Position numbers and translations under genes: made by a program. A stretch of 10,748 nt of DNA from an uncultured archaeon (lineage in GTDB: Archaea; Hadarchaeota; Hadarchaeia; Hadarchaeales; WYZ-LMO6): positions 1 to 10,748 of the forward strand of contig CALJER010000019.1 of the NCBI GenBank assembly GCA_938074535.1. Direction: 5' to 3'. Every line of letters begins with the position of its first letter. The first letter of the stretch is position 1. Below, piece by piece: positions 7,127-10,748 of this stretch. The notes under the pieces were generated by a model. The model was not told the origin of the DNA. It searched no databases and saw only the letters and a list, made by a program, of their open reading frames with translations.

Positions 7127-9286
7127 ATGGAGCTCAGGGAGGTCTGCGGGAAGTGGGGCATCCCGAAGGTGGCGGAGGTGCTGGAGGGGGAAGGGATCAC
7201 CTCCCTCTATCCCCCCCAGGAGGAGGCGGTGAGGAAGGGGGTGATGGAGGGGAGGAACCTGGTGCTGGCCGTCCCCACCGCGGGAGGGAAGACGCTGGTG
7301 GCGGAGCTCTGCATGCTCCGCTCCATCCTGGCGGACGGGGGGAAGGCCCTGTACATCGTGCCCCTCAGGGCCCTGGCCAGCGAGAAGCACGAGGAGTTCA
7401 GGAGGAGGTACGGTCCGCTCGGGGTGAAGGTGGGGATAAGCACCGGTGATTTTGACACCGCCGACACCAGGCTGGCCAGGTACGACCTGCTGGTGGCCAC
7501 CTCGGAGAAGGTGGACTCCCTCCTCAGGCACAGGGCCAAGTGGCTGGCGGACGTGGTCTCGGTGGTGGTGCTGGACGAGGTCCACCTGATCAACGACCCG
7601 GGGAGGGGGCCCACGCTGGAGGTGCTCACCGCCAGGCTCAGGCAGGTGAACCCCGGGGTGCAGGTGCTGGCCCTGAGCGCCACGGTCAGGAACGCCGAGG
7701 AGCTGGCGGAGTGGCTGGGGGCGGAGCTGGTGAGGAGCGACTGGAGACCGGTGCCCCTGAGGAAAGGGGTGTTCTGGAGGGGGGAAATCGTGTTCGAGGA
7801 CGGGGGGAGGAGGGAGGTGGGGGAGGGGGAGGCCCTCACCGCCCTCACCCTGGACACCCTTAGGGAGGGGGGGCAGGTCCTGATCTTCGTGAACACCAGG
7901 AAGTCCGCGCAGACCGCGGCCTCCTCCCTCTCCGAGAAGGTGGCCCCGCTGCTGGGGGAGGGGGAGAGGAGGGAGCTGGGCGAGGTGGCCAGGAGGGTGG
8001 AGGAGGCGCTGGGGGAGCCCACCAGGACGTGCAGGGAGCTGGCCAGGTGCGTCCGCGCCGGCACGGCCTTCCACCACGCCGGGCTCCACCACGACCAGCG
8101 CAGGGCCGTGGAGGATGCCTTCAGGGGGAACCTGCTGAAGGTGGTCTGCGCCACCCCCACGCTGGCGGCCGGGATGAACCTCCCCGCGCGGAGGGTGGTG
8201 GTGAGGGACTACAGGAGGTACTCGGAGACCTTCGGCTCCACCCTCATCCCGGTGCTGGAGGTCCAGCAGATGATGGGGAGGGCGGGGAGGCCGAGGTACG
8301 ACAGGTACGGGGAGGCGGTGCTGGTGGCCAGGAGCGAGGGGGAGGTGGAGGTGCTGATGGAGGAGTACGTGAGGGGGGAGCCGGAGCGGCTGGTGTCGAA
8401 GCTGGGAACGGAGCCCGCCCTCCGCACGCACGTGCTGGCCTGCGTGGCCTCCGGCTACGCCTCCACGCTGGGGGACGTGCTGGGGTTCATGGGCGGGACC
8501 TTCTTCTCCCACCAGTTCGAGGTCAGGGCGGCGGAGGGGGTGGTGGAGAGGGTGCTGGACTTCCTGGAGGAGGAGGGAATGGTGAGGAGGGAGGGGGAGA
8601 GGCTCACGGCCACCCCCTTCGGGGAGCTGGTCTCCCGCCTGTACATCGACCCCCTGTCCGGGGTGGTGCTGAGGAGGGGACTGGGGGGGATCTCGAAGGG
8701 GGAGCCTACCCCGCTGGGCCTCCTGCACCTGATCTGCAGCACCCCGGACATGGAGAAGCTCTACCTGGGGAGGGGGGAGGAGGCGGAGCTCGAGGCCCTG
8801 GTGGAGGAGAGGTGGAAGGAGTTCCTCCTGCCCGTCCCCGAGGACCCGGAGGACTTCGAGTTCTTCCTGGCGGAGGTGAAGACGGCCAGGATGCTGGAGA
8901 GCTGGGCGGAGGAGGTCCACGAGGAGAGGATCCACGAGGAGTTCGGGGTCGGCGCGGGGGACATAAGGAGGATGGTGGAGACGGCGGTCTGGCTCCTGCA
9001 CGCCGCCCACGAGCTCTCCCGCCTGCTGAAGGTGAGGAGGGCCCTGACGCCCCTGAGGAAGCTGGGGGAGAGGGTGAGGTACGGGGTGAGGGAGGAACTG
9101 CTGGAGCTGGTGCAGCTCTCCGGGGTGGGGAGGGTGAGGGCCAGGAACCTCTGGAGGGCGGGGTACAGGAGGCTGGAGGACATAAGGAGGGCGACGGCGG
9201 AGCAGCTGGCCTCCGTCCCCACCATAGGGCCGGAAACGGCGAGGAGCCTGAAGCGGCAGGTGGAGGGAGGGACCGCTCAGAGGTAG
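7127..9286 (+). CDS. hel308: Ski2-like ATP-dependent DNA helicase Hel308/Hjm
   Basis: Motifs LYPPQ, PTAGGKT, PLRALASEK, DEVH, ALSAT, WRPVPL, AFHHAGL, ATPTLAAGMNLPAR, QMMGRAGRP.YD, RVRYGVREELLEL, GVGRVRAR plus a C-terminal HhH; 719 aa. Confidence 0.96.
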   Translation: MELREVCGKWGIPKVAEVLEGEGITSLYPPQEEAVRKGVMEGRNLVLAVPTAGGKTLVAELCMLRSILADGGKALYIVPLRALASEKHEEFRRRYGPLGVKVGISTGDFDTADTRLARYDLLVATSEKVDSLLRHRAKWLADVVSVVVLDEVHLINDPGRGPTLEVLTARLRQVNPGVQVLALSATVRNAEELAEWLGAELVRSDWRPVPLRKGVFWRGEIVFEDGGRREVGEGEALTALTLDTLREGGQVLIFVNTRKSAQTAASSLSEKVAPLLGEGERRELGEVARRVEEALGEPTRTCRELARCVRAGTAFHHAGLHHDQRRAVEDAFRGNLLKVVCATPTLAAGMNLPARRVVVRDYRRYSETFGSTLIPVLEVQQMMGRAGRPRYDRYGEAVLVARSEGEVEVLMEEYVRGEPERLVSKLGTEPALRTHVLACVASGYASTLGDVLGFMGGTFFSHQFEVRAAEGVVERVLDFLEEEGMVRREGERLTATPFGELVSRLYIDPLSGVVLRRGLGGISKGEPTPLGLLHLICSTPDMEKLYLGRGEEAELEALVEERWKEFLLPVPEDPEDFEFFLAEVKTARMLESWAEEVHEERIHEEFGVGAGDIRRMVETAVWLLHAAHELSRLLKVRRALTPLRKLGERVRYGVREELLELVQLSGVGRVRARNLWRAGYRRLEDIRRATAEQLASVPTIGPETARSLKRQVEGGTAQR

Positions 9287-10536
9287 AAGAGGGGCACCCA
9301 GCGGAGCCTGGTCCCGGAGACCTCCTGCTTTTCGAAGGTGCCGAGGGTTAGGACGATCCCCCGCTCCGGCCTGTAGGCCTGCAGGAAGCTGTGGAGGCTC
9401 CTGCCTGGCCTCCCTCCCCCCAGCCTCACCTCGACGGGGACGAGCTCCTCACCCCTGGTCAGCACGAAATCGACCTCGGCCCCTCCCGCGGTCCTCCAGT
9501 AGTGGAGTCCGAAGTCCCCGAAGGACTGGGAGAGGTGCCTGAAGGCGAAGTTCTCCGCGAGGGCTCCCTGGTCGGTTCTGACCTCGAACTCAGAGAAGTT
9601 CCTCAGGGCGGCGTTCCTCATCCCGGGGTCCCAGAAGTACACCTTGGGGGCTTTCTTCAGCTCGGTCACTAGGTTCCTGGCGAAGGGCCTGAGCCAGGAA
9701 ACGATGTAGGTGTGTCTGAGGATCTCCATGAACTCCTCGGCCCTTTGGTAGCTCAGCTTCAGGTCCGAGGCCAGCGAGGAGAGGGCAACCGTCGATGAAA
9801 CCTTGAAGGCCAGGGCCCTCACGAAGTCCTCGAACTTGGCCGCATCCGTGATCCTGAAGAAGGTGACTACGTCCTTCTCCAGGTAGAGGTCGAAGATGTT
9901 CCTGAGAACCTCCTCCCTTTCTTCCTTTGTTCTGGACTTCACGACCTCGGGGTACCCCCCGTAGATCACGTATTCCTTCCACAGCCTCAGGAAGTCCTCG
10001 CTGAAGGAGGGTTCTTCGGGCTCGTCCTTCCCCTCCACGAACCCCATCAGGGACCTGTTTTTCTCCCTGAAGACCCTCCAGAGCCCTGGATCCCTCGCGA
10101 GCAGGAACTCCTCGAAGTCGAAGGGCAGGAGGTCGAAGAGGAGCACCCTGCCGACCAGAGAGGGGAGGACATCCGTTTTCAGCTCGAGGGAGGAGGAACC
10201 CGAGATCACCATCTTGACGTCAGGGAACTCGTCGTAGAGGATCTTCAGGCTCCCTCCCGCCTTCTCCACCCGCTGGATCTCGTCCATGAAGAGGACGAGC
10301 CTCCTCCCCTCCTCCTTCAGCCTCCTCATGAAGTCCAGGGGGTTCTCCGACAGCGCCCGTCTGTGGGCCGGGAGGTCCAGGTTGATGAAGACCTTGCTTC
10401 CCCGCACCTTTCTCTCCATGAGCCTCAGCAGCGTCGTCTTTCCCGCCTGTCTCGGCCCTCTCACGGCCAGGATCTCCCTTCTTCTCATGAACTTCCACAG
10501 CCTGTCCTCCAGCTTCCTCCTGTAGAGCCTCTCCAT
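9277..10536 (-). CDS. AAA+ ATPase of the AAA_14/DUF4143 (COG1373) type with a C-terminal PD-(D/E)XK-like domain
   Basis: Walker A GPRQAGKTT, Walker B LFMDEIQ, plus SGSSS, L.GR, GGYPE, PKVYFWD.G, ENF, YWRT..GAEVDFV...PVEVR. Overlaps the hel308 3' end by 10 bp. Confidence 0.93.
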   Translation of the reverse strand: MERLYRRKLEDRLWKFMRRREILAVRGPRQAGKTTLLRLMERKVRGSKVFINLDLPAHRRALSENPLDFMRRLKEEGRRLVLFMDEIQRVEKAGGSLKILYDEFPDVKMVISGSSSLELKTDVLPSLVGRVLLFDLLPFDFEEFLLARDPGLWRVFREKNRSLMGFVEGKDEPEEPSFSEDFLRLWKEYVIYGGYPEVVKSRTKEEREEVLRNIFDLYLEKDVVTFFRITDAAKFEDFVRALAFKVSSTVALSSLASDLKLSYQRAEEFMEILRHTYIVSWLRPFARNLVTELKKAPKVYFWDPGMRNAALRNFSEFEVRTDQGALAENFAFRHLSQSFGDFGLHYWRTAGGAEVDFVLTRGEELVPVEVRLGGGRPGRSLHSFLQAYRPERGIVLTLGTFEKQEVSGTRLRWVPLFYL

Positions 10537-10539
10537 ATC

Positions 10540-10588
10540 AAGTCTATTATTTTGGTGAAAGTACTTAAAATAAGTCTATTATTTTTGG
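10540..10588. repeat. Direct repeat AAGTCTATTATTTT(T)GG x2 flanking a TATA-like core; putative operator
   Basis: Copies at 10540-10555 and 10572-10588, with starts 32 bp apart. ACTTAAAA at 10563-10570 lies between them. Confidence 0.75.
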
Positions 10589-10601
10589 ACTCCAGAGGAG
10601 T

Positions 10602-10664
10602 CTGCGGGGGTGGAGGTAGGAGAGGAGGTTCCGCCGGAGACCCGAAAGGCGAAAAGCCCCGCAG
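10602..10664 (+). promoter_or_regulatory. Possible structured 5' leader upstream of the trxB-like gene
   Basis: CTGCGGGG (10602-10609) pairs perfectly with CCCCGCAG (10657-10664) and encloses two small hairpins. SD GGAGGG at 10673-10678. Confidence 0.3.
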
Positions 10665-10679
10665 CGCCAGGTGGAGGGG

Positions 10680-10748
10680 ATGGAGGAGTGGGACCTGATC
10701 GTGGTGGGAGGGGGGCCCGCGGGCCTCGCGGCCGGGATCTACGGGGTG
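10680..10748 (+). CDS. trxB: Thioredoxin-reductase-like FAD-dependent oxidoreductase, N-terminus only (runs off the window)
   Basis: MEEWDLIVVGGGPAGLAAGIYGV is a GxGPAG dinucleotide-binding start typical of TrxB; only 23 codons are visible. Confidence 0.7.
   Translation, partial: MEEWDLIVVGGGPAGLAAGIYGV

Noticed and set aside
6675-7449. ORFs 6675-6875, 6694-7449, 6806-7015 and 6952-7200
   Set aside because: They have Arg/Gly/Pro-rich shadow-like composition, non-host codon usage and no recognisable domains; two of them overlap hel308
10540-10588. Mini-CRISPR array
   Set aside because: Only two 16-17 bp units with a 16-bp spacer, too short for CRISPR repeats and spacers, and no cas genes in the window
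10641-10660. Archaeal SECIS-like hairpin upstream of trxB
   Set aside because: The GAA/A internal-loop geometry is not satisfied, and no in-frame Sec codon is visible in the window

Overview
GC-rich archaeal window. Archaeal origin is inferred from Hel308, Elp3, a PRC-barrel protein, heavy AGG/ATA codon use and TATA boxes about 25 bp before start codons. Gene order: (1) a damaged NuoF/HydB-like + 2Fe-2S/2[4Fe-4S] gene pair with an apparent internal deletion and a G-run frameshift; (2) a wHTH-containing hypothetical protein divergent from an intact sudBA/nfnAB bifurcating transhydrogenase pair; (3) a PRC-barrel protein; (4) a metallophosphoesterase coupled to a short Elp3; (5) Hel308; (6) a convergent AAA_14/DUF4143-type ATPase with operator-like upstream repeats; (7) the start of a thioredoxin-reductase-like gene. 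The most striking feature is the ~520 bp gap between divergent elp3 and hel308. It holds a candidate ~405-nt + strand structured RNA (long terminal stem, several internal hairpins) that I cannot match to RNase P or SRP RNA. It is bracketed by an identical 11-bp TATA-like direct repeat lying exactly 20 nt from each flanking ATG. All structures were folded by eye; no searches were run.
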